DNA from: Mobula hypostoma
Lineage: Eukaryota
DNA length: 64,000 nucleotides
NCBI RefSeq assembly: GCF_963921235.1
Contig: NC_086097.1
Location: forward strand, 26,290,001 to 26,354,000
Reading direction: 5' to 3'
Positions 37,363-50,490 of this stretch are shown here, one piece after another. The notes under the pieces are model-generated. The model made no database searches. It was not told where the DNA came from and saw only the letters and a list, made by a program, of their open reading frames with translations. The translations under genes and the position numbers were made by a program. Within the stretch, counting starts at the first letter, position 1. Each line of letters opens with the position of its first letter.

Positions 37363-38949
37363 ACGGATTATAGACTATTTTTTAAGAAGCATCTGTAAAC
37401 ATAGCAGAATTGGAACTTTGAAGGTAATTCAATATTTTACACATTTTAAAGATTTTCTATAAGCAGGTATGATGTTATTATAATGTTACAAGTAAAACCT
37501 TCGTGGGAAGCTGCATTATAAAATGGCACAAGGCTGAATTAAGCACCTGTCTCATTAGTTATTCTTTCATGTTCAATATCAGAGCACAATCAATCATTTT
37601 CAAACCACCCCTTGAAAAAGGGCTCAAACACTTCAAGGTCACCTGGGTAAGGTTCAGGGTCAGGAATAGTAACTGTCTTATCCGGTTTGACACAAAATCC
37701 CATGTTATGTGGTATGCTGTTCAAATTTGCTCTTGAAATGTGCAGTGGCAGTTCTGTCAACTCTGATTGGTTTTGCAATAATCTGAAGCACTCTGTGTTT
37801 ATGCCCTTGTACGCAACGGTAGCCGGTTTTAAAATATCTCTCTCCTGAATATTTCTCCTCTTCGAAAAGTGAAGCTTGCTGTTTAGTCTGAATTTACTCA
37901 TAATTTAGAATAGGTTCCACATATTTAGTCAGAATTATACAAGCTCTGGCCTTACACAACAACTTGTTTTTATTTTATACAATTGCTCTAATTGTGTTCT
38001 TTTACAACTTACGTTTTCCTTGTGAATATTGTACAGTATATCTGATGCCTTTAATGCTGGCGCAAAGTAAGTTTTCCTTTGCATCTATGCATGCATGTAC
38101 TTGTGCATATGACAATAAACTTGACTTTGACTTTACAATTAACACAAACTATAAATATTCCAATGATTCTTAACCTGCTGTTGGGAAATAAGGTAAATGG
38201 GGGTGGGGAAGGGAAGGGGCCAGCTGTAATGTACCGATCTGCAATAATCTGGTCCAGTGGCAGAGCAGGAATGAAAAGCTAAAGATCTTTTCATGTCCAT
38301 AGTGTGGTCGAAATATTAAATAGGACAAAACATACAAAGAACATAGAAAACTATGGCACAATACAGGTCCTCTAGCCCACAAAGTTATGCCGACCTTTCA
38401 ACCTACTCTAAATCAATTTAACCTCCCCCCCTACGTCACCCATGTATTTTTCTACCATTCATGTACCTATCTAAGAGTTTCTTAAATATCTGCCTCCACC
38501 ACACTTCAGAGCATTCCACACACCTAACACTCTCTTGTGCAGAAAACTTACCTCTGACATCTCCCCGATTTCATGTCAAGATTATGGCCACTGGTATAAG
38601 CCATAACGGCAGGAAGAGAAGCATTAGCTTGGTGAGAATAGAGAAAAAGGTGCCAAGCAAGGTGGTAGGAAAGAAAAAAATACAAGATGGGCTTTGGGAA
38701 AAGTAAGAAGTTGTGTATAAATGCTACATTGTTAGCAATAGTAGCACCAAGCAACAGTTTACTCAAAAGTAATGCGTTAGGACTTACTTGCAGACAAGAT
38801 CATCAACGGAAAAGATCTTCAACACATCAATTAACAGAGTCAAAGGTGAGGGGGGAAGAGGATAGTAAAGGAGACAACAAAATGGTGCGATGGTCACTTC
38901 TTTCGTTAAGACCTTTATCAGATCTGATTAACTAGCAAAACATTTTTCC

Positions 38950-39452
38950 CAAAAATAGACTTTATTCACTGTAATATATATACACACACACACACACACA
39001 CAAAAGGAAAAAATATAGTTCATCAAAACTTTTACATCTTGCTCAGTATATGCCATGGTGTAAGCTTTAAAGAGAGAGGGGAATTAAACAAGCAAAGCAC
39101 CACTGCCATCAATTGGCCTCCTGAGATGATCCTCTTTCATTATTTAAGGGTTCTCCCCACCTGACACCATGTGTGGCAGTGGAAGAAGCCTATTATTGTG
39201 GTCTGTCCCCGCAGAGCCTTTGTGTTTGCTGCACTGAGCCTCAATACATGTCCTGCAGCCTAGAATATGCCAGTCGGCAGTATCCCCATGCAGACATCTC
39301 ACTGTGCTGGCAGACCAACCAGCAGGTTTCAGGCAGACCAGGGGGCATACTTCATTGAGTTGCTGACTTTCCAGCAGCACTTCTTATCTGTCTCAGTGCA
39401 TGTTCCCAGGTACAGCCTGTAGATCAGAGAGTCCTCTGTTACAAAGCTGACG
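38950..39452 (-). mobile_element. Tx1-like LINE 3' end
   Basis: Minus strand reads VTEDSLIY.LY.GT.TETD.KCCWKV.NS...WSA.NLLV.QHSEMS...CRLA.SRLQD; AATAAA near 38960. Confidence 0.75.
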
Positions 39453-39464
39453 GAGATGAACCAG

Positions 39465-39880
39465 GAGTTCGAGGTCTGGAGTTCAGGGTCTCATGATCAG
39501 CGAGTCTTGGGGTGGATTCTGATCAAAGTCAGCAAGTCCAGAAGTTGAGGCTCAACGGTCAAACCCCTGGGGTGGTGATTCTGGAAATTGGAAGCCCGAC
39601 GTCTGCAAGTCAGTGAGTCTACTGGAAACTGGAGGCCCGGAGATGAACTGTCCTGAGGTTGGAAGCTGTTTGTGTGAATGAGTGGGAGGGAGGAAAGGGT
39701 CTAGTTTTGCTGTTGCTGCTCTGCTGAACATCGTGGACATGCTATGTTGGTGCCAGAACGTGTGGCGACACTTGCGGGCTGCCTCCAGCTCATCCTTGGT
39801 TGTCTTGGTTGTTAACAAAAAAAAACAAAGCATTTCACTGTATGTTTCAATACACCCATGATAAACAAATGAATCTGAAA
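39465..39880 (+). mobile_element. Non-coding retroposon with the SINE-shared tail
   Basis: Homologous to 18395-19060. Confidence 0.7.
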
Positions 39881-41488
39881 TCCGTCTCTACACTGCCTCA
39901 GCACATCCACTATCTGCAGAGAGGTTGGTGATCATTTCCCTTCCTCCATGGATGACATACCACTCCTAGTGTACAATTAAACAGCAAAACTGTACCTCTG
40001 TCCTACTTGTTCATCAAGATATCCTTACCCAACATGAGGTTAGGATATTTTCTGCATTGACAATTCAATTAAAGTAAGTATTTGCAAGTGGTTATGGCTG
40101 ACATACTGTTAATAAGACTAGATTTTTGTCTTAATTAGAGGAAATCTGAGCAGATGAAGTGTTAAAACAAAGGCTTTTTAAAATGGTCTACAACTGTGTG
40201 TGTGAAAGATCATAAGTCCAGAATGTATCGGTCACATGCAGAACCAATCACAGTTAATACTGCAGCCACACAAAAAAAATTGTGTTGAAGTCTGGTCAGC
40301 GTATCATGTAACATGGAGGTGGGAGAGGCTGGTGGTTGTGATCTGGGGTCAAACTGTGGGAAGTAACTGCTATTCCTGACAATGAACCTGAACCAGTGAC
40401 TTTGAAATGGTTCAAAGCATTTGTTGAGGTATAACCAGTAAATTGTATTATCAAAATGAAAGAGTAACTAATAAAATTCAAGACTAAAGATTGTTTATTA
40501 CCAGTCGTCAGGACACAAGTGTAAAGGAGAACAAATGATTGTTACTCCAGGTCCAATGCAGGGTTTTAAAAAAAAGCACAATAAGTGACAGTATGCATGG
40601 AGTATCTTGTACACAAGGTGACTCTGATAGGAAATAATGAAGTAGTGGTGGTGGGGTGGGTTAATGGGTGGAGGTGTTGGGGGTAAGTAACTGCTTTTGA
40701 GTCTGGTGGTCCTGGTGTGGATGCTTCATAGCCTCCTCCAGGATGGGAGTGGGACATACAGTTGATAAGCAGTGTGGGTGGGATCCTTCATGACATCACT
40801 GGTAACCCTCTGTCCTTGATGGTGGGTAGTCTGGTGCCAGTGTGCCAGATTGGGCAGTTTGAACTACCTGTTATATAGTTAAAATTTAATAAACTTCATA
40901 TTTTCCAACACTGCTTGTTGTACACTAAAAGGTTAAAAATGTTTTATTTATAATCAAATGATGTCTGCATTTTTATTAAAAGAGTAGTTCTAACACGCTG
41001 AATATATTTTGAAGTACATTGATTGTTATGTGGACAAAGAGTACCTGCAACTGGCTTTACCATCCAAAACCTGATCTACCTGCTTGCTTTTGTCTGACAG
41101 TTGATGCACTGGCAGATAGGGGACTCAATCAGTACACCGGCAAATTACAATCTTCAATGCTTTTATAACAGACCTGCCACAGCAAATTACCAAACATTCA
41201 TTTGAATTTGTTTAAAATTGGAAAAAATAGATTAATGTAATTAAGGCAATTTTTCAAGGTCTGTTTTTAAATGGCCTGTTCAAAATTAAAATTAAAATGA
41301 AATGTAACTCACTGATTCATAAATCAATTATTAAACAGTGACAGTCATAGTGAGCAATATATATTTATAACCTTTGTTTTTATTTCATTAACAGCTGAAC
41401 TGAAGCCTCCAGACAGTGTTTTTAAAAAAAAACCTGTGCAAGTCTCATGACTGGAGCATTTCCTTCCGTAGCTCTGGTCGGCTTTGCA

Positions 41489-41502
41489 GTTTCCATAGCA
41501 AC
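41489..41502. promoter_or_regulatory. RFX X-box motif in a repeat-free island
   Basis: GTTTCCATAGCAAC matches the 14-bp RFX palindrome consensus. Confidence 0.45.
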
Positions 41503-41671
41503 CAGCCAAATTTTACATACCACAACATCGTGCGACAGGAAATGCCAATATGTATTTATAGCTGCTTTTAAGATCATGATGATGCAGACAAGCACTGCGC
41601 CTACTGGCGGATGAAAGCAACTTGTGCATTAATGTAGTTCACAAAGCAAAGCGCTTATTAATTCAGATCAT

Positions 41672-42335
41672 AAACACAGGAGATTTTGCAGATGCTGGAA
41701 ATCTTGAGTAACGCACATAAAATGCTGCAGGAACTCAGCAAGCAGGCTGCATCAATGGAGGGGAATAACAGTCGACGTTTCAACAAGACTTGTCTCTAGT
41801 TCCCCAGCTGGTTAGGCAGCATCTACGGACAGGATTAAAGAATCGATGCTTTGAGCTGAGATAATTCATCCTGACGAAGGGGCTCAGCTCAGAACGTTAA
41901 CTCTTCATTCCTCTCCATAGATGCTGCCTGACCTGTTGAGGTTCTCTAGCACTATATGTGTGTTGCTCTGGATTTCCAGCATCTACAAAATCTCTTGTGT
42001 ACCTGTTTCCCCTCCTCCCCCTTTCTCCCATAGTCCACTGTTCTTTCCTTATCAAATTCCTTCTTCTTCAGGCCTTTACCTCTTCCACTATCCCTTCCCA
42101 GCTTCTTACTTCATCCGCCCCTCCCCTCTCACTCACCTTCCCCCCTCACGTGGTCTCACCCCGCAGTTTATGCTCCTTCCCCTCTGCCCTCCCCACCATT
42201 AAGGCTGTACATCATATGTTCTAAATGGGTTAGAGAAAAAGACCCACAATATCTGCACTGAACACAATGCCAAATAACCCACCCACCCACCTACCAGCTT
42301 GCACTCCTTCCCCTCCCCCAACCTTCTGGTAATGT
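41672..42335. mobile_element. PLE remnants (hairpin and pyrimidine-rich UTR)
   Basis: Inverted arms; degenerate cctgacgaaggggctcagctcagaacgtt core at ~41870-41898. Confidence 0.75.
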
Positions 42336-42459
42336 TTTGTGTGCTTGAACGAAAATACAAGTAAAAATATGTTTCCAAAGCAAATCGGAACTCCATGTTA
42401 ACTAGGTGACAATATAAGTCTTTTTAAATCATTTAATCCATTAAGCCTATCCAGCGTTC

Positions 42460-42925
42460 AAGGTTCAAAGTAAATTTATTATCAAAGTATGTATAAATTA
42501 CCGTATACTACCCTGAGATTCATTTTCCTGCAGACATTTAGTTACAGGAAAATAAAGAAATACAATAGAATTTTAGATAAGAAAAATTATACATAGACAA
42601 AGATTGACAAATAAGTAAAATTAAAATTAATACTGAGAACATAAGTTGTAAAGAGTCCTTGAAAGTGAGTATATAGGTTGTAGAATCAGTTCAAAATAGT
42701 GGTGAATTAAGTTACCTAAGATGGTTGCAGGGTAATAGCTGTTCCTGAACCTGGTGGTGTACTCCTGTACTTTGCCTGATGATACAAATGAGAACAGAGT
42801 GGATGGTAGGGGTCTCTGATGCTGGATGCTGCTTCCTTTTGGCAGTGCTCCATACAAATATACTCTGTGGTTGGGGGGCGGGAGTGCTTTGCCTGTGATG
42901 AACTGGGCTGTATCCAGCACTTACT
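42460..42925 (-). mobile_element. Rex1/Babar 3' fragment
   Basis: LDTAQFITGKALP...TTRFRNSYYPATI. Confidence 0.8.
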
Positions 42926-43603
42926 ATTACCTTTTCTGTTTGTGGGCATTATCCAACTCAACATGAACTCCACTTAATCGTCTGAGTGAACCTCAAGGAA
43001 CCTTTCCTCCAGTTTCTATAAAACTCCCAGATATCCTTCATCTATTATTCAAAAGTAGTTTGCTGCCTTCAGCAGAAAGGAATTACTGTGCTTTGCATAG
43101 ATTTTGATAATTATTATATATCACTCTTAACTCTGCCCAGTTACTAAAAAAAATTTCCAAACCTTTTCAAAATGTTGATCTACAAAACACTGACTGCTTT
43201 TGCCAGAAGTTGCTTCATGTAACCATTAATGATAGTTTTGTGGGGGGGGGGGTGTATTAATCTCCAATCTTTCTGGAGATTTGTTCATTTTCCATTTGGA
43301 ATTCAAGTCAGATTGTCTACAAATATCTATATCACTCATGTCCTTGAGCAATTTAAAATCCACACAATGAAAAATAAAATTAATTCTCTGCGCATCTCTT
43401 TAAAGCTCTGAGCCATGAACAGCCTCCTCATTCACACCACAATATGGTGCTTGTTGCATTAAGTGGGGTCTCCAAAGTTACATACAATTTTCAAATTACT
43501 CTATTTTACTTTTCCTTTTCCAGATTCTGACCCTCAGCAAAAAGTGAACTTTGAGACACTTGCAATTACCATTGATCCTGAGATCAAAAGCATACACTGA
43601 AAG

Positions 43604-45470
43604 GACATGGAGAGGATGTTTCCAATAGTGGGAGAGTCTGAGACTGGGGGCACAGCCTCAGAATACAAGGACGTCCCTTTAGGATTGAGATGAGGAGGAA
43701 TTTCTGTAGCCAGAGGGTGATGAATCTGTAGAATTCATTGCCACAGACAGCTGAGGAGGCCAAGTCATTCGTTATTCAGTAGATTCTCGTTAAGTAGGAC
43801 ACATTGGAAGCTGGACATTTTGGTCCAAATAAGCAGCCGTGCCAAATGGCTGGTTTCAAGGAAATAGTTAAACTGTGTATTAGTTCATAATAGTTATCAA
43901 CGGAGGAATTCATCCAGTGTACGCTGCCGAGTTCTTTTGATTGACTGTAAATGAACAAAATCAGCACAGACACCTTGTGCAGGTAATGGACTGCCTTCAT
44001 ACAATGCTTTCAGTGATTACATCCTCCAAATCTCCATTTTTATTGTAACATTAAAGATAACTGCCGATGCTGTTAAGTTCTTCGTAGTTCCTAACTTGAT
44101 GAAATAATGAAATTGTTTCATTTTTACTCCTGGCCATTTCTGCCATCTCTGAGCTCAAATGCTTGAAATCGCAGTGATCAAAACAGTTCTGAATTGTCTT
44201 ACAACTTATTTTCCGCCAACTATCAGTGACAAAAATCACTGCTTTTGAACACAAGACGTGTAACTGACACATTTAAAAACTGTTTGCTCTAACACAGTGT
44301 AGTGTCCAACAGCCACACAGGTGCACTTGACTGACACTAGTCATAAACTGCTCAGCAACAGTATCCTGTCCCAATTAAGCAGCATAGTGTCCCAAATCCT
44401 GTCTATTTTCTCAATCAGTTTTTGTTCATTAAAGGTTGTCACAAATAAGCAGTGGCCCTGATTAACCTATGGCCTAATTAAGTGGAATCCACTGTATTGA
44501 AAGCAGAGGTTGATAAAGTTCTTAATTAGTAAGGGTGTCAAAAGTTACAGGGAGAAGACGGGAGAATGAGCTGATAGGGATAATAAATAAGCCATAAATC
44601 AACCATGAGGCTATCAAAGCTTACAGTGGGATCTGGATCTGTTGGAAAAATTGGGTTGAAAAATGGCAGATGTTGCACGTTGGGATGACCCACTAGGTAA
44701 GACTTGCACAGTGAACAGTAGAGTGCTGAGGAATGCGGGAGAACAAAGGGATCCGAGAATTCGGATCCAGAATTCCCTGAAAGTGGTATCTCGGGTAGAT
44801 AGGGACGCAAAGAGAGTTTTTGGCACATTGGCCTTCATAAATTAAAGTACTGAGTTGGGATGTTATGCTGAAGTTGTATAAGGTGTTGCTGAGGGCTAAT
44901 TTGGAGTATTGTTTGCATTTCTGATCACCTACATACAGGAAGTGTATCAATAGGAGAAAATTTACAAGCACGTTGCCAGGACTTGAGGACCTGAGTTATC
45001 AGGAAAGTTTGAATAGGTTAAGACTTTAACCCCTGAAGTGTAGGATAATGAGGCGAGATTTGATCGAAGTATACAAAAATTTTGAGATGTATAGATAAGG
45101 TAAACACAAGCAGGGCTTTTCACTGAGCTTGGGTGAAACTAGAAAGAGAGTTCAGGGGTTAAGAGAGAAAGTGAAGTATTTAAGGGGAACATAATGAAGA
45201 AAGCCTTCACTCAGAGTGTGGAATGAGCTGCCAGCAGAAATGCTGGATGAAGGTTTGATTTCAACATTTAAGAGAAATTTGGATAGATATACAGATGAGA
45301 GGCATGAGGCTCAGGTAAAAGTCAATGGAACTAGACAGAGTAATAGTTTAGCATGAACTAAATGGGCTGAATGGCCTGTTCCTGTGCTGTACTGTTCTAG
45401 ACCCTAACAAGCAACGGAGCAGACTTGATGGTCCAAAAGGCCTAATTCTGTTCTTATCTATTGTGGTTAC
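43604..45470 (+). mobile_element. Nested CR1 fragments: the host CR1 is split by a Tigger MITE and by a second CR1 at ~44605-45402
   Basis: CR1 3' sequence resumes after each insertion. Confidence 0.85.
43777..44494 (-). mobile_element. Tigger/pogo-type non-autonomous DNA transposon
   Basis: TIR cagtagattc..ttaa / ttaagtggaatccactg followed by TA; remnant SWRKISCKTIQNCFDHCDF resembles the pogo transposase C-terminus. Confidence 0.8.
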
Positions 45471-46088
45471 TTTAGGGTTTATATATTCTACACACTTAAC
45501 ATGGGGTCAGAAAACAAGGATAACAGGGGATTTGGAGCGGGGGAAGAAAATTTAAGATAATTCACCTGGCAGAATATCAATGTGATTGACCAATTCTGAA
45601 GCTTGTTCTACATCCATGCTGTTTTATTTTCTACCAGTGTTAACAGGAGGAAAAAGTGTTACACAGGAAGCTAATCTTTTGCATCTCATGCCCAGGAGAA
45701 TGAAGTTAGTGCACATCATAATCAAGACTCAAAATACTTTATACTGACACATAAACCAATGGTGCTGAAAACTATGTCATTCAGAGAACGATTCCATATC
45801 ATACCCACTCCGACAACCTGAACTGCTGTAACAAAGATCTCCACCTCCACCAAATATAACTTCGCCTGACATTATCTAGAGAGCTGCTGATGTCACGTGG
45901 ACTGAGAGAAGGCGATGAGTGTTATAACAGACAGAGTGCGCGTGGGCAATTATAGTTGCATCCCCTAACCAACAAAGTTATATCCTGAAAAACAACTGAA
46001 ATTTACACTGGATTGGTTTATTATTGTCTGCACTGAGATACAGTAAACTGCTTTTGTTTGTGTGTAACCCAGACGGATCATGCACGTA

Positions 46089-46286
46089 ACACACACAAAA
46101 TGCTGATGGAACTCAGCAGGCCAGGCAGCATCTATGGAAAAAAGTACAGTCGACGTTTGGGGCCGAGACCCTTCAGCAGAGTCCTGTACTTTTTTCCATA
46201 GATGCTGCCCGGCCTGCTGAGTTCCTCCTGCATTTTGTGTGCGTGTTGCTTGGATTTCCAGCATCTGCAGATTTTCTCTTGTCTGA
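46089..46286 (-). mobile_element. PLE-derived hairpin insertion with a mutated hammerhead core
   Basis: Inverted arms of ~60 bp; TSD gatcatgcaYgta at 46076-46088 and 46287-46299. Confidence 0.85.
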
Positions 46287-46484
46287 GATCATGCATGTAT
46301 AATTAATTGAGACAGTAAAAAGAACATAGTGCTATGGGAAAGTGAAGTGTAGGTAGTTAAATAATTAGCAAAGATCACAACAAGGTAGACTGGGAGATCA
46401 AGAGTTCATCTTTTAGCTTATGATACAGCACAGATAACAGAAACAAAATGCATAATTATTGAAAAGAAATGTAGTCATATATAA

Positions 46485-46740
46485 CACAGTAGTTCGTGTA
46501 ATGCTGTTGCAGTACCAGCTGTAAGATCAGGGTCCTATTCCTGCTGCTGACTGTAAGGAATTTCTGCGTTCTTCCTGTGACTGCACGGGTTTCCTCCGGG
46601 TGCTCTGGTTTCCTCCCACACTCCAAAGACATACGTTTCAGGTTAGTGAGTTGTGGGCATGCTATGTTGGCCATTAGCACAGACGATGTTATTTCACTGT
46701 ATGTTTCGATATGCAAATAACAAGTAAAGCTAATCTAATA
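46485..46740 (+). mobile_element. V-type SINE
   Basis: gggtttcctccgggtgctctggtttcctcccacactccaaagac. Confidence 0.85.
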
Positions 46741-46969
46741 TAATACACATTTTTGATTTTCTTTTTGATAGGACTTGTGTACCTTACAACCTTATCTATT
46801 GGAAGGGAATAAATTAATAAATTACTCAGCAACATAGTACAGCTTTCCTGGCCCACCCTATCAATTCATCATTCTTCCATTGAAAAAAATAGAAAATATC
46901 GAACAATTAAAATCTCAAATCAAAACAACTACAGCTGGAAGTGTAACCTCAATGCAATAGTAGCAATGC

Positions 46970-47395
46970 AATCAGTCAAGACGGGTATGACAGGGTCCTA
47001 AGGGGTTGTTTAGTGGCTGGAGAAGTCGATCTGGAATCCACACATTCTGGTGCAGTGTGGACAAGAGTAAGTGGTGGCTGTGGTCAGTGGTTGGGCCTTT
47101 TGGCTGTTCAGTCTTTCCTTTTACAGCTACTGCTTGTCTCTGCAAGACAGCTAAGGTTGTTCTCGCGTGGCACAGATCCCTCTTGAACAGATTTCCTCCG
47201 GGTGTTTCTATTGAGTGCAATGGCTTCCCAGTGTTTAGATGTCATGCTGAATTGCTTTAGGCAGATTTTGATGTTATCTTTGAAGCATTCCCTTTGTCCT
47301 CCAGAGGCTTACTCACCTTCAACTGGTAGTTAAAGATCTGTTTGGGGAGATAGGTTAGACATCCAGATGACATGACCTATCCATTGGAGTTGTAT
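46970..47395 (-). mobile_element. RTE LINE 3' fragment (related piece at ~27305-27470)
   Basis: Minus strand reads C.HCTRMCG.QI..SH (Cys/His motif) after a G.K.CFKD..K.CLK-type C-terminus. Confidence 0.7.
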
Positions 47396-47992
47396 ATAAT
47401 CTAATCCAATTGTGTATAATCTAGATGTACAATGCCCTCAACCATCAGTCCCTTGATCAAAAGAGGATAACTACACTCATTCTATTTCTGGGTTTTCCCA
47501 AATCCAATGATCTCTGTATCTTGTTATTTCATGCTCTCGTTAACTATTGTTATTTATTAATATTTGCATTTGCACAGTTCGTTGTTCAGTGATCCTGTTT
47601 ACAGTTACTGTTCTATAGATTTGCTGAGTATGCCCGCAGGAAAAAGAATCTCAGAGCTGTATGTGGTGACATGTATGTACTCTGATAATAAACTTTACTT
47701 TGGAATGATCAAAATCTGGAATGCAAATTTTAAAATTCATTGTCTGTTTGTGTATATGTGCATACATTGTGCCCAGCAGCATGAATATGTCCAAATTCAG
47801 CTCACTCCTCATGCTATCAGCTCCATCCATTCTGATACAGAAATAACTCCATTACTTCCAATTTCAAACAGAATTCTGATGCAAAACAGGGTTCAGAAAC
47901 TAATCTTGACTCAGTGAGTGATATGCACAAGGGATACAACTTCTTAAGGCTAATTAAACAACTCCATCCTTCTGGTTTTAGGATTCTTTAAG

Positions 47993-49052
47993 AATAGAGT
48001 CATAGTGTTTTACAGCACAGAAACAGGCTCTTCGGCCTATCTAGTCCGTGCCAAACCTCGACCATAGGCCTCCATACCCCTCCCATCCAAATTTCTCTTA
48101 AATGCTGAAATCAAACCTGCATCCACCATTTATCCTGGCAGCTCGTTCCACACTCTCACCACCCTCTGAGTGAAGTTCCCTCTCATGTTCCCCTTAAGCA
48201 TTTCACCTTTCACCCTTAACCCATGACCTCTATTCTAGTCTCACCCAACCTCAGTGGAAAAAGCCTGCCTGCTTTTATTCTATCTATACCTCTCACATTT
48301 TTATATATCTCCATCAAATCTCCCCTCATTCTCCTACCTCAGGGAATTAAGACCTAACCTAATCAACCTTTCCCTATATTGCAGGTCCTCAAGTCTTGGC
48401 AACATCCTTGTTAGGGTTGCCAATTTTCTTACTCCCAAATAAGGGACAAAAGTAGCAGTCAAATACGGGACACTTGTTTACCCCAAGAAAGACTACCATG
48501 ACCATGAAGCCTTGCGCGGGCACCTGTGTGCACATGCGTGATGTGCGCATGCATGTTTTTTTTCTACAGTATTTTTTTTCTACAAATCGGTTTTGGCGAT
48601 TCTGTTCAGTGAAACTACACTGTACATACATTATTTCTACTTTATATAGGCTGTGTATTTATCATATCATTCCTGCTTTTACTATATGTTAGTGTTATTT
48701 TAGGTTTTATGTGGTATTGGTATGATTTGGTAGGTTATTTTCTGAGTCTGGGAACGCTCAAAAATTTTTCCCATATAAATTAATGGTAATTGCTTTTTCA
48801 CTTTACGGCATTTCGGCATGAAAGGTTTCATAGGAACGCTCTACCTTAGCGGGGTAAATATGGGACAAGGGCGGTCTCATGTGGGACAAACCAATTTAGC
48901 CCTATATATGGGATGTCCCGGCAAATACAGGACAGTAGGCAACCCTAATCCCTGTACACTTTCTCAATCTTATTGATATATTTCCTGCAGGTGGGTGACC
49001 AGAACTATAAACAATACTCCAAATGAGGCCTCACCTGTATCTTATACAACTT
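47993..49052 (-). mobile_element. CR1 3' fragment interrupted by a hAT MITE
   Basis: Homologous to 1895-2525. Confidence 0.85.
48412..48947. mobile_element. hAT-type (Blackjack-like) MITE, copy 1
   Basis: TIR tagggttgcc...ggcaacccta; 8-bp TSD atccYtgt at 48404-48411 and 48948-48955. Confidence 0.9.
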
Positions 49053-49227
49053 AGATAAACTTAATAGTTTAACCAAAGATTCAAAATCTCAGAGCTTCCT
49101 ACAGCTTTATTCCTAAGGGGTTGTCCCAAGTTGTGGAAAGGCTGAACTCTCTTGAACTGAGCTGAAAATTCACTTATTTAATTTGCAAAGATTGTGTGCT
49201 TGCTCTAGAAATTTTGGCCATTTGATT

Positions 49228-49758
49228 TATACTCAGCGGCCTCTTTATTAGGTACACCTGCTTGTCAATGCAAACATCTAATCATCCAATCATGTGGCAA
49301 CCTCTCGATGGTCAAGTGGTTCAGCTGTTGTTCAGACCAAACATCAGAATGGGAAAGAAATTTCATCTAAATGACTTTGACCAGGGAATAATGGTTGGTG
49401 TCAGATGGGGTAGTTTGAGTATCTCAGAAACGGATGACCTTCAGGGATTTTCACATACAACAATCTCTAGAGTTTACAGAGAATGGTGAGAAAAACAAAA
49501 AAAGAACATCCATGGAGTGGCAGTTCTTTGGGCAAAAACACCCTCTCACTGAGAGAGGTCAGAGGAAAATGGCCAGACTGGTTCAAGCCGACATGAAGGT
49601 AACAGTAACTCAAGTAACCATGTGTTACAACAGTGGTGTGCAGAAGAGCATCTCTAAACACACAACATATTGAACCTTGAAGTGAACAGGCTACAGCAGA
49701 AAACCATTAACCAACACACAGTGGTCACTTTATTAGACACAGGAAAAGTGGCCACTGC
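49228..49758 (+). mobile_element. Non-autonomous Tc1-derived element
   Basis: MGKK..LNDFDQG..VG.R..LSISET.DL.GFSHTTISRVYREW (Tc1 N-terminal HTH); TIR-like actcag.ggcc.ctttattaggtac. Confidence 0.85.
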
Positions 49759-50094
49759 ATGCTAATGTTCATTTATAAAAGAGCATCTGTTCAGTTAGAC
49801 CATGGGAGTAGAACACATTTCAGCTATACCTCAACACAATACATAATAGAAGTGCAGAACTCAGGATTTTTAATAGCTTTTCTTGACGCTATAATCTGGT
49901 GCACTGAATTCCGTGTTTGTGGGGGGAGGGGTAAGAGTCTGCAAATTGCTTTTTCCAAAAGCTCTCTTCTGGGGAATGCTATAGGGCTATTAAAACAAAA
50001 GCTTGGTGCTATTTTGATAGTTCCTTTTCCCAGGCAGTTACTCTGATCAACCACTGTAGTTAGCCAAACCTATCCCCATCAATTACATTATCTT

Positions 50095-50490
50095 GAAAAC
50101 CTGCAGATGCTGGAAACCTGAGCAACACACACAAAATGCTGGAGGAACTCAGCATCTAGGAAAAGAGTAGTCAATGTTTTGGGCCGAAACCTTTCAAAAG
50201 GACTGGAGAAAAATAACTGAGGAGTAGATTTAAAAGGTGGGAGGAGGGGAGAGAGAGAGAAACACAAGGTGATGGGTGAAACCTGAAGCGGGAGAGATGA
50301 AGTGAAGAGCTGGGAAGTAAATTGGTGAAAGAGACATGGAAGTAAGAAAAGGGGAGGGGAGCACCAGAGAGAGGCGATGGGCGGGCAAAGAGGGAAAGGG
50401 GATGGAAAATGGTGAAGTGGGGGGCATTACCAGAGGTTCGAGAAGTCAATGTTCCTACCATCAGGTTGTAGGCTACCCAAGTGGAATTCG
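50095..50490 (-). mobile_element. Penelope-like element 3' end
   Basis: Minus strand FHLGSLQPDGRNIDFSNLW* (PLE GIY-YIG C-terminus), pyrimidine-rich UTR, degenerate hammerhead, terminal repeat. Confidence 0.85.
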
